Positions 37,307 through 47,502 are shown, counted from the stretch's first letter. The stretch: 64,000 nucleotides of DNA from an uncultured Gemmatimonadales bacterium (GCA_963748035.1 CAVVHO010000006.1:16176-80175); one strand, 5' to 3'. Translations and numbers: made by a program. The notes: a model not told the origin generated them from the letters alone.

Positions 37307-38704
37307 AGCCTTCCCCGCCTCGCCCGAACCTACCATGGAGCCTCAGGGGCGTCGGGCCCCCTGCTCTTCCTCCGGAACACACGCCGGGTAGCCTTGGGCG
37401 AGTGGGTGACTGTGCGCACACCCGGAATCCCCCCCCGCCGCGGTCAGGTGATCGACGCCAGCGAGACGATCACGGTGGTGCAGTTGCTGGAGGAAACCTT
37501 GGGGCTCGCCCCCACCACGACGGACGTCACCCTCAGCGGTGAGGTTGCCTCGGTGACCGTGGGTCGTGAACTGCTGGGCCGGACATTCAACGGTGTCGGT
37601 CAGCCACTCGATGGGCTCCCAGCTCCGGTGGGCGAGAAGCTGCTGCCGATCTGGGGGACCCCGATGAATCCGGCGAGACGACTGCCCCCGTCCGATTTCA
37701 TCGAGACCGGCATCAGCGCCATCGACGGCCTGAACACCTTGGTGCGCGGCCAGAAGCTCCCGGTGTTTTCGGGACCAGGGTTGCCCGGACTCGAGCTGGC
37801 AGGACAGATCGTCGAGCGGGCCCGAGCGCCCCGGGGAGAGGCCTTCGCGGTGATCTTCGTTGGAATGGGGATAACCGCGCGGGAGGCCCGGAGCTTTCTC
37901 GATCGCTTCCGGAGCAGCGGAGCCCTGGAGCGGAGCGTTCTGTATCTCAATGAAATGCGCGATCCCAGCACCGAGCGGCTGCTGGCCCCCCGCGTGGCGC
38001 TGGCGGAGGCGGAGTTCCTCGCCTTCGAGGCCGGCCTGCACGTCCTGGTGGTAATGGCCGATCTCACCAATTACTGCGAGACTTTGCGTGAAGTGGCGAC
38101 GGCGCGGGAGGAAATCCCCGGACGGCGCGGCTACCCGGGCTACATGTACACGGACCTCGCGAGTCTATTCGAACGCGCCGGGATTCTGGAAGGTCGGGCT
38201 GGGTCGGTCACCCAGATTCCTATCCTCACGATGCCCGACGACGACATTACCCACCCGATCCCCGACCTCACCGGTTACATCACCGAGGGGCAGGTGGTCC
38301 TGAGCCGTGATCTGCACCGCCACGGCGTCACTCCGCCAATCGATGTCTTGCCCTCGCTCTCACGGCTCATGAACGCTGGAATCGGCGCCGGGCGTACGGT
38401 GCCCGAGCATCGGGAGTGGGCCAACCAGCTCTACGCCAGCTACACCCAGGGGCGCGAGGCTCGCCTCATGTCAGCCATCGTCGGAGAAGCGGGCCTGGCC
38501 GAGGACGATCGGCGGGCCCTGGTCTTCGCCGAGCGGTTCGAGCGTGAGCTCGTCCACCAGATCGCACGGCGGAGCCTGGCCGAGACCATCGAGATGGGCT
38601 GGACCCTTATGGAGACTCTCCCGCGCGATGACCTGCATCGGATCCATGACACGACCTGGGCGGCGCGGCAGTCGGCGAAAGCGGAACGGGAGAAGCCTCG
38701 ATGA
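37304..38704 (+). CDS. atpB: A/V-type ATPase subunit B
   Basis: ...SGPLLFLRNT..., RGQKLPVFSGPGLP, RRGYPGYMYTDLA. The proposed GTG start forms a GTGA junction. Confidence 0.9.
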   Translation: MSLPRLARTYHGASGASGPLLFLRNTRRVALGEWVTVRTPGIPPRRGQVIDASETITVVQLLEETLGLAPTTTDVTLSGEVASVTVGRELLGRTFNGVGQPLDGLPAPVGEKLLPIWGTPMNPARRLPPSDFIETGISAIDGLNTLVRGQKLPVFSGPGLPGLELAGQIVERARAPRGEAFAVIFVGMGITAREARSFLDRFRSSGALERSVLYLNEMRDPSTERLLAPRVALAEAEFLAFEAGLHVLVVMADLTNYCETLREVATAREEIPGRRGYPGYMYTDLASLFERAGILEGRAGSVTQIPILTMPDDDITHPIPDLTGYITEGQVVLSRDLHRHGVTPPIDVLPSLSRLMNAGIGAGRTVPEHREWANQLYASYTQGREARLMSAIVGEAGLAEDDRRALVFAERFERELVHQIARRSLAETIEMGWTLMETLPRDDLHRIHDTTWAARQSAKAEREKPR

Positions 38705-39336
38705 CCCAGGGACGCGGCCCCGCGCCGACTCGGCAGAACCTGCTGGGCCTCGAGCACCGGTTGGAGCGGGTGGCCAAGGGGACCGCGCTGCTGCGACGGA
38801 AACGGGAGGCGCTCGTAGCGGAGTTGTTCCGCTTGGCCCGACCGGCGGCCAACGCGCGAATCTCGATCGCCGAGCGTGCAGCGACCGCCTACCCACTGCT
38901 GCTCGGTGCGCTGGCGGAGCCGGGCTACACCGGTCTCCGCGCGCTGGCGTGGCCCGGCCGCGAACTGCTCGTCGAAATCCAGGCGGCCCAGGTTTGGGGG
39001 ATCCCCGTGTCCGAGCTGCTCCGTCGCCCACCGATCAGGCGGACACTGGCGGCGCGAGCTACGCCACCGCCCAGCATCGGCCCGGTCGCCGCCGCCACCA
39101 CGACTGCGTTCGAGGAACTCACCGAACTGCTGCTTGACGCCGCCAACCGGGAAGCGCTGCTCCGTCGGCTGGCAGAGGCCCTTTCACGGACTTCCCGCCA
39201 GGTGAACACGCTGGAGCAGCGGCTCGGCCCCGAACTCGAGGCGCAACGTGCTGGCATCCGCCGGACCCTGGACGAACGGGAGCGGGAGGAGCACCTGCGA
39301 CTCCAGCGGTTGCTGCGCCAGAAAGCCGAATCATGA
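38701..39336 (+). CDS. atpD: A/V-type ATPase central stalk subunit D
   Basis: PTRQNLLGLEHRLERVAKGTALLRRKREAL. Coiled coil. ATGA overlap with atpB. Confidence 0.9.
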   Translation: MTQGRGPAPTRQNLLGLEHRLERVAKGTALLRRKREALVAELFRLARPAANARISIAERAATAYPLLLGALAEPGYTGLRALAWPGRELLVEIQAAQVWGIPVSELLRRPPIRRTLAARATPPPSIGPVAAATTTAFEELTELLLDAANREALLRRLAEALSRTSRQVNTLEQRLGPELEAQRAGIRRTLDEREREEHLRLQRLLRQKAES

Positions 39337-39373
39337 AGACTTCTTGGTCTGGCGCGACCATCGTTCAGACGAT

Positions 39374-39926
39374 ATGATTGCGAGCATGACACTCCGTGCC
39401 GGTACCTACATCGTCCCCACCCACCGTTGGTATATCGAAAGAACGGTGTGGCTGATCGCGGGGGGCGTTCTCCTCACCAGCACCGCGCTGGCGGCGTTAG
39501 TGAATCCGCTATGGGTCCTGGTCGTGATCGCGACTGGGATTTCATCGATCACGGTGGCCCTCACCGGGTTCTGTCTCGTGGGCAACGTGCTGAAACGCTT
39601 CGGGTTCACTCCCATGCTGGGGAGAACTTCGACCCACTCCAGGAGGACTCTACTTCCTGCAGACCGACCGGTGGTACCTCGAACGCCGCATCTACCTCGC
39701 GGTCGGGATCAACATCTCCGTCGCCTCGATACTGTCACTGGTGCACAGCCCGTGGTGGCTGCTGTTCACCGGCTTCGTCGGTTCAGCGATGGTATGGTTC
39801 GCGGCGACCGGCTACTGTATCATGGCCAACGGATTGTATTGGCTCGGAGCCGAGCCACGCCTGAATCCGGAGGACCGGAGCACCTGCCCCACCGCCCCCA
39901 GCGCTGGCCGGGCCGCGGAGGCGTGA
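39374..39926 (+). pseudogene. tandem DUF2892 (YgaP-like) membrane protein, frame interrupted near 39.62 kb
   Basis: Domain 1: HRWYIERTVWLIAGG...TGFCLVGNVLKRFGF. Domain 2 is in the +1 frame: LQTDRWYLERRIYLAVG...ATGYCIMANGLYWLG. Domain 2 has no start codon between the stop at 39591-39593 and GTG 39741. Confidence 0.65.
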
Positions 39927-40187
39927 AACTGCGGGGCGCACAACGAGGGACTGTGTGCGCCTCCATTCCCTTGAACTGACCACCGGCGGTCGTATACTCC
40001 CCCGTACGCATCCTTCCGTTCCTGCCGTCCCAGAGTCCGTCTACGACACCGCTCCCGCGCCCGACCTTCGCACCACGTCGGGAGCGAGCAACGGAATCGT
40101 CTCACTAGCTGGCTCCCGGCAGCCTGCCCCGCCGCATCCCTTCACGACGCGGGCCGAGTGGCACCCCGGAGCCGTCGCCTGAACAGC

Positions 40188-41310
40188 ATGGCAAGTGCCT
40201 CCGCCGATCCCGGAACGACAAGCCGGCGCCCGCCCGTCTGGGTGTTTATATCGGCCGCTTGGCTCGGGCCAGCCGTGCTGGCCGCCTTTCAAGCCTACAT
40301 GCAAGGCCGGCTGGGGAATCAATCACCCGTCGATTGGCGCTCCATTGCATGGGAAGGCGGCGACTGGCTCATCTATGCGCTCCTCACCCCCATCGTCTTC
40401 CTGGTCGCCCGGCGGTTCCCCCTCACGAGAGAGCGGGCAGCCCGCCACCTTCCTCTCCATCTTGCCGCGTCCATTTTTCTGTGTGCGGCGTGGGCAGGGA
40501 CCGGACTGCTGCTGGGACGTGCGATTCTGCCCGATTCGGCCTGGCAGAGGGGGCTGACACTCACTGGGTGGTTCTTCACCAGCCTTCCCTTCGGCGTCGC
40601 GGTGTACTTCGCAGTGCTCGGCGTGGAGCGCGCGACAACGTACTTTCTGGAAGCGCGCGAGCGCGAGACTCTGGCGGTCCGGTTGTCCGCCCAGCTGGCG
40701 GAGGCCCGGCTCGGTGCCCTGCGGATGCAAATGCAGCCGCATTTTCTCCTCAACAGTCTGAACGCCATCACGGTGATTGTCCGCGATCAGGACACGGCAA
40801 CCGCTACGCGAATGCTCGAACACCTCGGAGAGATCTTGCGCCGGGTAGTGCGAACCGATCGCCCGCCGGAGGTACCGCTCAGCGAGGAGCTGGAGTTCAT
40901 ACGCCAGTACCTGGCGATCGAGGAGATCCGGTTCGCGGACCGCCTGCACCCGCGGTTCGAGATCGATTCGGCCCTACTCGGCGCCGCAGTTCCCGAGTTT
41001 CTGCTCCAGCCGCTGGTCGAGAACGCCCTGCGGCATGGACTCGCCAAGCGTCTCGGCGCGACCCTGCTCAAAGTCGAGGCCGCGGCGTGAGGGAGACCAA
41101 CTGGTCCTGACCGTCACCGACGACGGTCCCGGGGCCGGAACCGAGCCGCGCACGGGCGTGGGACTCGCCAACACCCGAGAGCGGCTCGCTACGCTCTACG
41201 GCGACCGGGCAGAGCTGTTACTCACACCGACCGTCGAAGGAGGTACGGCTGCGGTGATCCGGCTTCCGTACCACGAATTCGGCTTGGGCACCGAGGCGAA
41301 CAGTGGCTGA
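40188..41310 (+). pseudogene. LytS/YehU-type sensor histidine kinase, frame interrupted at about 41.085 kb
   Basis: Multi-TM N-terminus. His_kinase block RMQMQPHFLLNSLNAI. The HATPase_c domain is split: ...NALRHGLAKRLGATLLKVEAAA-stop (TGA 41088-41090), then REGDQLVLTVTDDGPGAG...GVGLANTRERL in the +1 frame to 41310. Confidence 0.8.
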
Positions 41311-42127
41311 GATTCGTGCCCTGATCGTGGACGACGAACCATTGGCGCGCCGCGGTGTGCGGCAATTGCTGGCGCCCTACCGCGACATCGAGGTGGTCGG
41401 CGAGTGCCGGGACGGCCGTGAGGCGCTGCGTGCCCTCACCACCCTCACGCCTGATCTGGTCTTCCTCGACATCCAGATGCCGGGGCTCGATGGGCTTGAG
41501 GTGATTCGGATGCACGGCGTCGAGCGCATGCCCGCCGTCATCTTCGTCACGGCGCACGACGAGTTCGCGGTTCGTGCCTTCGACGCCCACGCGCTCGACT
41601 ACCTGGTGAAGCCCTTGAGCGAAGCGCGATTTCGCGCGGCGATCACCCGGATGAGACAGCGAAGGCGCATGGCCGACGCCGTGGTGCTCGCGACCCGGCT
41701 CTCCGCGCTGCTCGGAAGCGAAGTGGCAGGGCATTCGCGGCAGTCCAAGGCAACCTCTTCGCAGACGGAAGGCGCGGAGACCAGCCGGCTCGCGGTCCCG
41801 ACTGAGGCGGGCCAGCTCCTGATTGACGCAGGGGAGATCGACTGGATCGAGGCCGAAGACTACTACGCCGGCATTCACGCGAACGGGAAGCGCTACCGGA
41901 TCCGCGCATCGCTGGCGGCTCTCGAGGCCAAGCTCGATCCGGCCCGATTCATCCGCGTGCACCGTTCCGCGATCGTGCGTCTGGATCAAGTGCGGGAGTT
42001 GAACAGCGAGGCCTCGCCCGAAGGTGAGGCGGTCGTGGTACTTCGAGATGGCACTAGGCTCCCGGTGAGCCGGCGCCGGCTCCCGCTGGTCAAGTCGCTG
42101 CTCCGGCTGCCGGCGCGACGATCGTAG
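41303..42127 (+). CDS. LytTR-family response regulator
   Basis: Receiver ALIVDDEPLARRG...FLDIQMPGLDG. C-terminal LytTR domain (...YYAGIHANGKRYRIR...FIRVHRSAIV). Confidence 0.9.
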   Translation: MAEIRALIVDDEPLARRGVRQLLAPYRDIEVVGECRDGREALRALTTLTPDLVFLDIQMPGLDGLEVIRMHGVERMPAVIFVTAHDEFAVRAFDAHALDYLVKPLSEARFRAAITRMRQRRRMADAVVLATRLSALLGSEVAGHSRQSKATSSQTEGAETSRLAVPTEAGQLLIDAGEIDWIEAEDYYAGIHANGKRYRIRASLAALEAKLDPARFIRVHRSAIVRLDQVRELNSEASPEGEAVVVLRDGTRLPVSRRRLPLVKSLLRLPARRS

Positions 42128-42350
42128 CAACGGCCCATCGGTAGAGGAGGAGGGTGGTCTCGCCAATCACCGCTCGCTGCATGTGAGACACCGGTGGCTG
42201 CACCTTTTCATCCGCCGACGGCCCCCCCGTTGACGGGATCCGTGTGAGGCCGTAGGGTCTGGGGCATTCCACCCCGGAGGCCGCTGAATCATGCGCCCGA
42301 TTGCCCCCCTTACCGACCAGCCTGTAGTCGTTGAGTCCTCCACATCCGGA

Positions 42351-43541
42351 ATGAGTATGGGCGGGCGGGTCCAATCCATCGACATCATCCGCGGCCTGGT
42401 GATGGTCCTCATGGCCATCGATCACGTCCGGGTGTACTCGGGCCTCCCGGCCGGTGGCCCCACTGCAGGAATCTTCTTTACTCGCTGGGTCACACATTTC
42501 TGTGCCCCCAGCTTCATCTTCCTCGCGGGGACGAGCGCATTCCTCTATGGCCGGACGCACCGCGATCTGTCGCGCTTCCTGCTCACTCGCGGCGCGTGGC
42601 TCGTGCTGCTCGAACTGACCGTGATCCGGGTGGGATGGACCTTCAACCTCGACTTTGGGCATTACCTGCTGGCCGGTGTCATCTGGGTGATCGGCTGGTG
42701 CATGATCCTGATGGCAGGACTTGTGCGGCTTCCAGTCCCCGCCGTCGGGGCGATCGGGCTGCTGATCATTGCGGGACACAACCTCGCAGATCCATTTCTG
42801 CCCCAGATCATGTCCAGATTGCCGGAAAGCAGCCTTGCCTGGGCCTGGAAGATTCTCTACATCGGGTTCTTTGCCGGCCCCATCAAGCTCGGTGCCGACA
42901 GCGCACAACTCGTGGTGCTGTATTCGATCATTCCCTGGATCGGCGTCATGGCGGCGGGCTATGCCTTCGGCACGATCATCACCTCGAAGCCTGAGCGCCG
43001 CTGGAGCCTCTGCCTCCGGATCGGGCTCTCCGCCACAGGGCTCTTCCTGATCCTGCGGGGATTCAACCTCTACGGGGATCCACGGCCGTGGGGTGCAGCC
43101 GTGAATCAGGGTGGCGACCAACCGGCCATGCCCGCATTCCTCGCCTTTCTCAATACCACGAAGTATCCGGCCTCATTCGATTTCCTACTGATGACGCTTG
43201 GGCCCACCATCGCGCTGATCCCGCTGCTGGACCGAGCCAGGGGTCTGTTGGCCCAGTGGCTCACGGTATTCGGTCGGGTGCCGTTCTTCTTCTATGTGCT
43301 CCACATTCCACTGATTCACGCCCTGGCCCTGATAGTGTCACGGATCAGACTCGGGGTTGTGAGCCCTTGGCTCTTTGCTAACCACCCAATGGGGAATCCG
43401 CCCCCGCCCGACGGGTACACTTGGAACCTGGGGCTCCTGTACTGTGTATGGGCCGTGGCTGTCATGCTCCTGTATTTCCCCTGCCGATGGTTCGCGGATC
43501 TCAAGTCAAGGAGAAGCGACTGGTGGCTCAGCTATCTGTGA
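42351..43541 (+). CDS. DUF1624 / heparan-alpha-glucosaminide N-acetyltransferase-like membrane protein
   Basis: SIDIIRGLVMVLMAIDHVR. About ten TM helices. The ORF-track start at 42291 is also possible. Confidence 0.7.
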   Translation: MSMGGRVQSIDIIRGLVMVLMAIDHVRVYSGLPAGGPTAGIFFTRWVTHFCAPSFIFLAGTSAFLYGRTHRDLSRFLLTRGAWLVLLELTVIRVGWTFNLDFGHYLLAGVIWVIGWCMILMAGLVRLPVPAVGAIGLLIIAGHNLADPFLPQIMSRLPESSLAWAWKILYIGFFAGPIKLGADSAQLVVLYSIIPWIGVMAAGYAFGTIITSKPERRWSLCLRIGLSATGLFLILRGFNLYGDPRPWGAAVNQGGDQPAMPAFLAFLNTTKYPASFDFLLMTLGPTIALIPLLDRARGLLAQWLTVFGRVPFFFYVLHIPLIHALALIVSRIRLGVVSPWLFANHPMGNPPPPDGYTWNLGLLYCVWAVAVMLLYFPCRWFADLKSRRSDWWLSYL

Positions 43542-43577
43542 CATGCCGCAACGCCCTACGGCACCCCCCTGGCGTGG

Positions 43578-43607
43578 GGCCTCCACCCCCCATAGGGGGA
43601 ATATCCG
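43578..43607 (+). promoter_or_regulatory. 30-nt conserved intergenic motif, copy 2
   Basis: GGCCTCCACCCCCCATAGGGGGAATATCCG. Lies 70 nt upstream of the ankyrin gene start. Confidence 0.6.
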
Positions 43608-43676
43608 TTCCGAGGCCATGGGTCTGACAACCCGAAGCATGCCACCCGGTGCGAACAAACCCACGGGAACACCGTC

Positions 43677-44999
43677 GTGACCATCAACGAAGACCCTCGG
43701 ACGGGCTTCATAAAGGCCGCCATCTGGCATGGCACCCTGGACCAAGCCACCACGATCCTTGCCGCCCACCCGCAGCTCGCGGACAGCAGCATCCACATTG
43801 CCGCGATTCTCGGCGACGATCTTACGGTGGGTCGCCTCCTGGCTCTCGACCCGGGAAACGCCACAGCGAGGAGTGGCCCATACGGCGGCGATGCACTGGT
43901 CTACCTGTGTCTCTCGAAGTACCTCCGGCTCGACCCGACGCGCTCCGATGGCTTCCTCCGGGCCGCCGCGTCGCTACTCGACGCCGGAGCCGATCCGAAC
44001 ACCGGCTTCTGGACGGAGGGCCAATACCCCGAGCTCGAGACTGCACTCTACGGCGCCGCCGGGGTCGCACACCACGCGGAACTGACCCGCCTGCTGCTTG
44101 CGCGCGGCGCCGACCCCAACGACGGGGAGGCCGTATATCACTCGCCGGAAACATGTCAGAACGACGCGATGAAAGTGCTCGTGGAAACCGGCAAACTCAC
44201 GGGTGACAATCTCGTGATGATGCTGATCCGCAAGCACGATTGGCATGACTACGAGGGGGCCAAGTACCTCCTGGCGAACGGCGCAGATCCCAATGGCAGC
44301 CGGAGCCGAGGCTGGCTGCCAATGCACCATGCACTGGCGCGTGACAACGAGCTCAGGATGTTCCAGCTGCTCCTGGATCATGGCGCGAATCCGACAGGCG
44401 TTTCGGGTGACCTAACGGCGGTTGCGCGCGCCGCTCGCGAAGGCCGCGGCGATGTGCTGGCATTGTTAGCGCAGCGCGGCGTACCCGTCGAACTCCACGG
44501 AGTCGATCGATTGATCGCTGCCTGCGCCCGGGGCCACGCGGGCGCCGTCCGTGCGATCGCGGAGGCTGAGCCTCGCCTGGTTGACCAAGTCCTGGCGATG
44601 GGCGGCGAACTGCTTCCGAAATTCGCCGGGGCGGACAACAGAGATGGGGTGCAACAGCTGCTTGACCTCGGCGTCGACGTCCGGGCGCCGTTTGCCGAAG
44701 GCGACGGCTATTTCGGGGAACCAAGAGGCAGCCTCGCGATTCACGTCGCGTCGTGGCGAGCCAGACCTGCCATCGTAAGGCTGCTCATCGAAAGGGGATC
44801 CCCGGTCGACGTTCCGGACATCAACGGGCGAACGCCATTGGCCCTTGCCGTCCGGGCGTGCACGGACTCGTACTGGAGCGAACGATGCTCTTCCGCGTCG
44901 GTGCAGTTACTGCTTGATGCGGGGGCATCGGCCCGGGGAATCCCATTTCCGTCTGGGCATGCCGAGATTGATGAGTTGCTCCGGCCACACCTCTCGTGA
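43677..44999 (+). CDS. ankyrin-repeat protein
   Basis: 440 aa with multiple LL..GADPN-type ankyrin units. GTG start. Confidence 0.85.
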   Translation: MTINEDPRTGFIKAAIWHGTLDQATTILAAHPQLADSSIHIAAILGDDLTVGRLLALDPGNATARSGPYGGDALVYLCLSKYLRLDPTRSDGFLRAAASLLDAGADPNTGFWTEGQYPELETALYGAAGVAHHAELTRLLLARGADPNDGEAVYHSPETCQNDAMKVLVETGKLTGDNLVMMLIRKHDWHDYEGAKYLLANGADPNGSRSRGWLPMHHALARDNELRMFQLLLDHGANPTGVSGDLTAVARAAREGRGDVLALLAQRGVPVELHGVDRLIAACARGHAGAVRAIAEAEPRLVDQVLAMGGELLPKFAGADNRDGVQQLLDLGVDVRAPFAEGDGYFGEPRGSLAIHVASWRARPAIVRLLIERGSPVDVPDINGRTPLALAVRACTDSYWSERCSSASVQLLLDAGASARGIPFPSGHAEIDELLRPHLS

Positions 45000-45157
45000 C
45001 CGCACTCCGGCTATTCATTCGATCCTCGGGGGGTGGCCGCCCATTTTTCATGAGGCGGTCCTTCGGCACCTGGAATCCACCGGGAGGGTGATCCTGACCG
45101 GTGTGCCCTCCTCACCGTGATCAGGGTGACGACTTTGTCCCAGGAGCATAGTCCCGC

Positions 45158-45940
45158 ATGAGCGCCGAGCGTCCCACGCCACCTCACCTTCCGGCGATCA
45201 CGGCACCGGTGAGTCGGTTCCTTGGCGTGGCCGATACAGCGAGGAGCATTGCGTTCTATCGCGATGTACTCGGATTCGAGGTACAGCCCGGCGGCAGAGA
45301 CGGGGCGTCCACCGACGTTGAGCTGATCCGCGGCCCTGCACGCATTCAGCTGGGCGTTCACGATACCGCGGTTGACAGCACCGGACAGGACCGCGCCCGG
45401 GGAGCCGCCATTCTGTTCGTTCAGACCGAGGACGTCTCCGCAATGCGTGCCGCCGTGCTGGCGAACGGTGGAAATCCCAGCGGGGTTGAAAGGGTCAACT
45501 GGATCAAGATGCGGATGTTCGAGGTTCGTGACCCGGACGGGCACACGCTGTGGTTCGGGCAGTCATTTCAGGAGCTGGACCTTGCTGCCCCGCCACCCAT
45601 GCTGCGCAAAGCCCTGCCGGAGCTCCCCTTCAACGACGTGCCCGCGGGGGTGGCCTATTACCGCGATGTCCTGGGCTTCTCGGTCAACTATGCGCAGCAC
45701 GACCTCGGTGTGATGGATCGCGACGCCGTGACCGTGGTGCTGATCGCCAGGACCGCACGGCACACGGGAATCGGGTCATGTTATGCGTACATCCGCGACG
45801 CCGACGCACTGCATGCGGAACTGAAGGCCAACGGGGCGAACGTCCTTGACGACCCGGTGAGTCGCCCGTGGGGACTTCGCGAGTTTCAGGTGCTGGACCT
45901 CGAGGGCAACCGGCTCACCTTCGGCCAGACGTTCGAATGA
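45158..45940 (+). CDS. two-domain VOC / glyoxalase-bleomycin resistance family protein
   Basis: Two tandem modules (FYRDVLGFEV...DPDGHTLWF and YYRDVLGFSV...DLEGNRLTF). Confidence 0.85.
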   Translation: MSAERPTPPHLPAITAPVSRFLGVADTARSIAFYRDVLGFEVQPGGRDGASTDVELIRGPARIQLGVHDTAVDSTGQDRARGAAILFVQTEDVSAMRAAVLANGGNPSGVERVNWIKMRMFEVRDPDGHTLWFGQSFQELDLAAPPPMLRKALPELPFNDVPAGVAYYRDVLGFSVNYAQHDLGVMDRDAVTVVLIARTARHTGIGSCYAYIRDADALHAELKANGANVLDDPVSRPWGLREFQVLDLEGNRLTFGQTFE

Positions 45941-45998
45941 TCCAGCCGGTACCGACTGATGGACCTCGCACTCCCTCGCCGAGTCGTTAGCATCCTCA

Positions 45999-46628
45999 AT
46001 GGCTACGAAGGTCTACCGGTTCGCGCTGGGCTCGCCAGAGGGCCCGCTCTCCGCCATCTGGCGCGTATGGACTCAGGACGACGAGGTCCACGTCGCGGTA
46101 CGTACGGCACTTGAGGACGTGACTCTCACAGCATACCCGACGGGGCGCTGGCGCATTACAGTCGGCAGCGCCGTGAGCCGCTGGACCCGTCCCAAGGAGT
46201 TCCGGCCGGGTTGGACCCGTGGTCCGGACATCATCATCCCGCACCGGGGCCGCGCCATCCCGGCCACCATCGGGGATCCGTTTGCCAGGGAGACCGTCGC
46301 CTGGCTTCCGCCGCCAGCGCCGCGGGGCCTGGCGCGGTTCAGCCTTCTGTTCGCGAGTCCCCGAGCCGCGGAGGGTCGCTGGCAGCCTGCCGACACACCG
46401 GGTAGTCGGGGCGTAACAGTCCTTCCGCTGCGCACAGCCGGTGCCCTGCACATCTGCCGGGTCGACGAGCCGCTCAACCCAGACGACATGAGCGCCTCAT
46501 CGCCCTCCGCCACCACCGCTCTACAGGTCCTGGCGCAGCTACCGGACCGCCCATCCAGCACGCTCGTCGTGATCGTCAGCGCGGACCAGGCCGGACGACC
46601 TACGCTCCGGGAATCCCACGAGGCCTAG
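45999..46628 (+). CDS. hypothetical protein
   Basis: 209-aa ORF. No family recognised. Confidence 0.4.
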   Translation: MATKVYRFALGSPEGPLSAIWRVWTQDDEVHVAVRTALEDVTLTAYPTGRWRITVGSAVSRWTRPKEFRPGWTRGPDIIIPHRGRAIPATIGDPFARETVAWLPPPAPRGLARFSLLFASPRAAEGRWQPADTPGSRGVTVLPLRTAGALHICRVDEPLNPDDMSASSPSATTALQVLAQLPDRPSSTLVVIVSADQAGRPTLRESHEA

Positions 46629-46725
46629 CGAGGGCCTTCCCTACACGGAACGGGGCGACCAGCTAGCTTCAAAGGGTCCCCTGCCACAGCAGCCGCTGGC
46701 GCCCTACGTCCGCCATCTCCGGCCA

Positions 46726-47049
46726 ATGCGGTACCCAGACCGGAGTCGTTCAGTGACCGCCTTCAAGTCCGAGCAGCGCCATCTGACGATTCGTGGTCGC
46801 CACTTCCACTTCATTTCATACGAAGGCCGACCGGCCGACCACCGGCACGCCCAGCTTGCCTTCCCAGCGATGTGGTACCTGATGAGTGATGGACGCCGCT
46901 GCCCCGTGCTGCCCTGCGATTTGAGCCAATCCCCAGCGGAGCTGAGTGCTGCTCTACGGGATTGGGCGGAGGACAATGCCATGGGCCCAGTTGAAGGTGC
47001 CCCCTCACCGCCATCCACGCCCACCGGCCCGCTCCGCCATCGCGGATAG
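46726..47049 (+). CDS. hypothetical protein
   Basis: 107-aa ORF. No family recognised. Confidence 0.35.
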   Translation: MRYPDRSRSVTAFKSEQRHLTIRGRHFHFISYEGRPADHRHAQLAFPAMWYLMSDGRRCPVLPCDLSQSPAELSAALRDWAEDNAMGPVEGAPSPPSTPTGPLRHRG

Positions 47050-47163
47050 TTGAGTTCAAACTAGCTCTCTTGGCATCCCCCCAATTCGCGCTGTGGGCAA
47101 CGACCTCTGGCGAGCATGAACCTCCGAGTCTTCAGTCTTCCGCAGTGATTCATCTGAGCGTAG

Positions 47164-47502
47164 GTTAGTTGCGGGTGGGGTGCGACCGATCTTGCTTGTG
47201 CTGGCACGGCGTCGCATTCCGTCTCGAATCGTCCACTTGCCATTGTAGCATCACGTTCCGGGCCTGATAAGGACCGTCCGATGCCATCGCCGCGATCATA
47301 CCCCAGGACCGGTGCACCCGTCGCAGGGCTCTGCTACGTCGGGCGTCCGATTCTGCCTCCGATGCCATGGCCGATGTACGCCCAAGTTACCGGCGACGAT
47401 CTTCGATTCGTTTTCGCCTGCCTGCAATCGCTTCAGCATGTCCGCAACCCGGTGCCTGCGCCGCAACATCCGGCCACGGGACAGATCCAGGCGAAGGACT
47501 GA
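47164..47502 (+). pseudogene. possible remnant of a cytochrome c gene (C-terminal part only)
   Basis: The frame is open from 47164 with no start before ATG 47281. ...PILPPMPWPMYAQVTGDDLRFVFACLQSLQHVRNPVP resembles the C-terminal MP...L(T/S)xxDLxxxxxYLxSL helix of cytochromes c. Upstream LACAGTASH is not an intact CxxCH. Many T-ending codons. Confidence 0.3.

Noticed and set aside
33637-38704. Genuine E-C and A-B fusion proteins, or programmed ribosomal frameshifting in atpF/atpA.
   Set aside because: Canonical ATGA/GTGA stop-start overlaps are present one frame away at both junctions. The atpA shifts go in both directions, sit at short homopolymers and lack slippery-heptamer plus structure signals. 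Indels, whether assembly artefacts or real decay, are the simpler reading.
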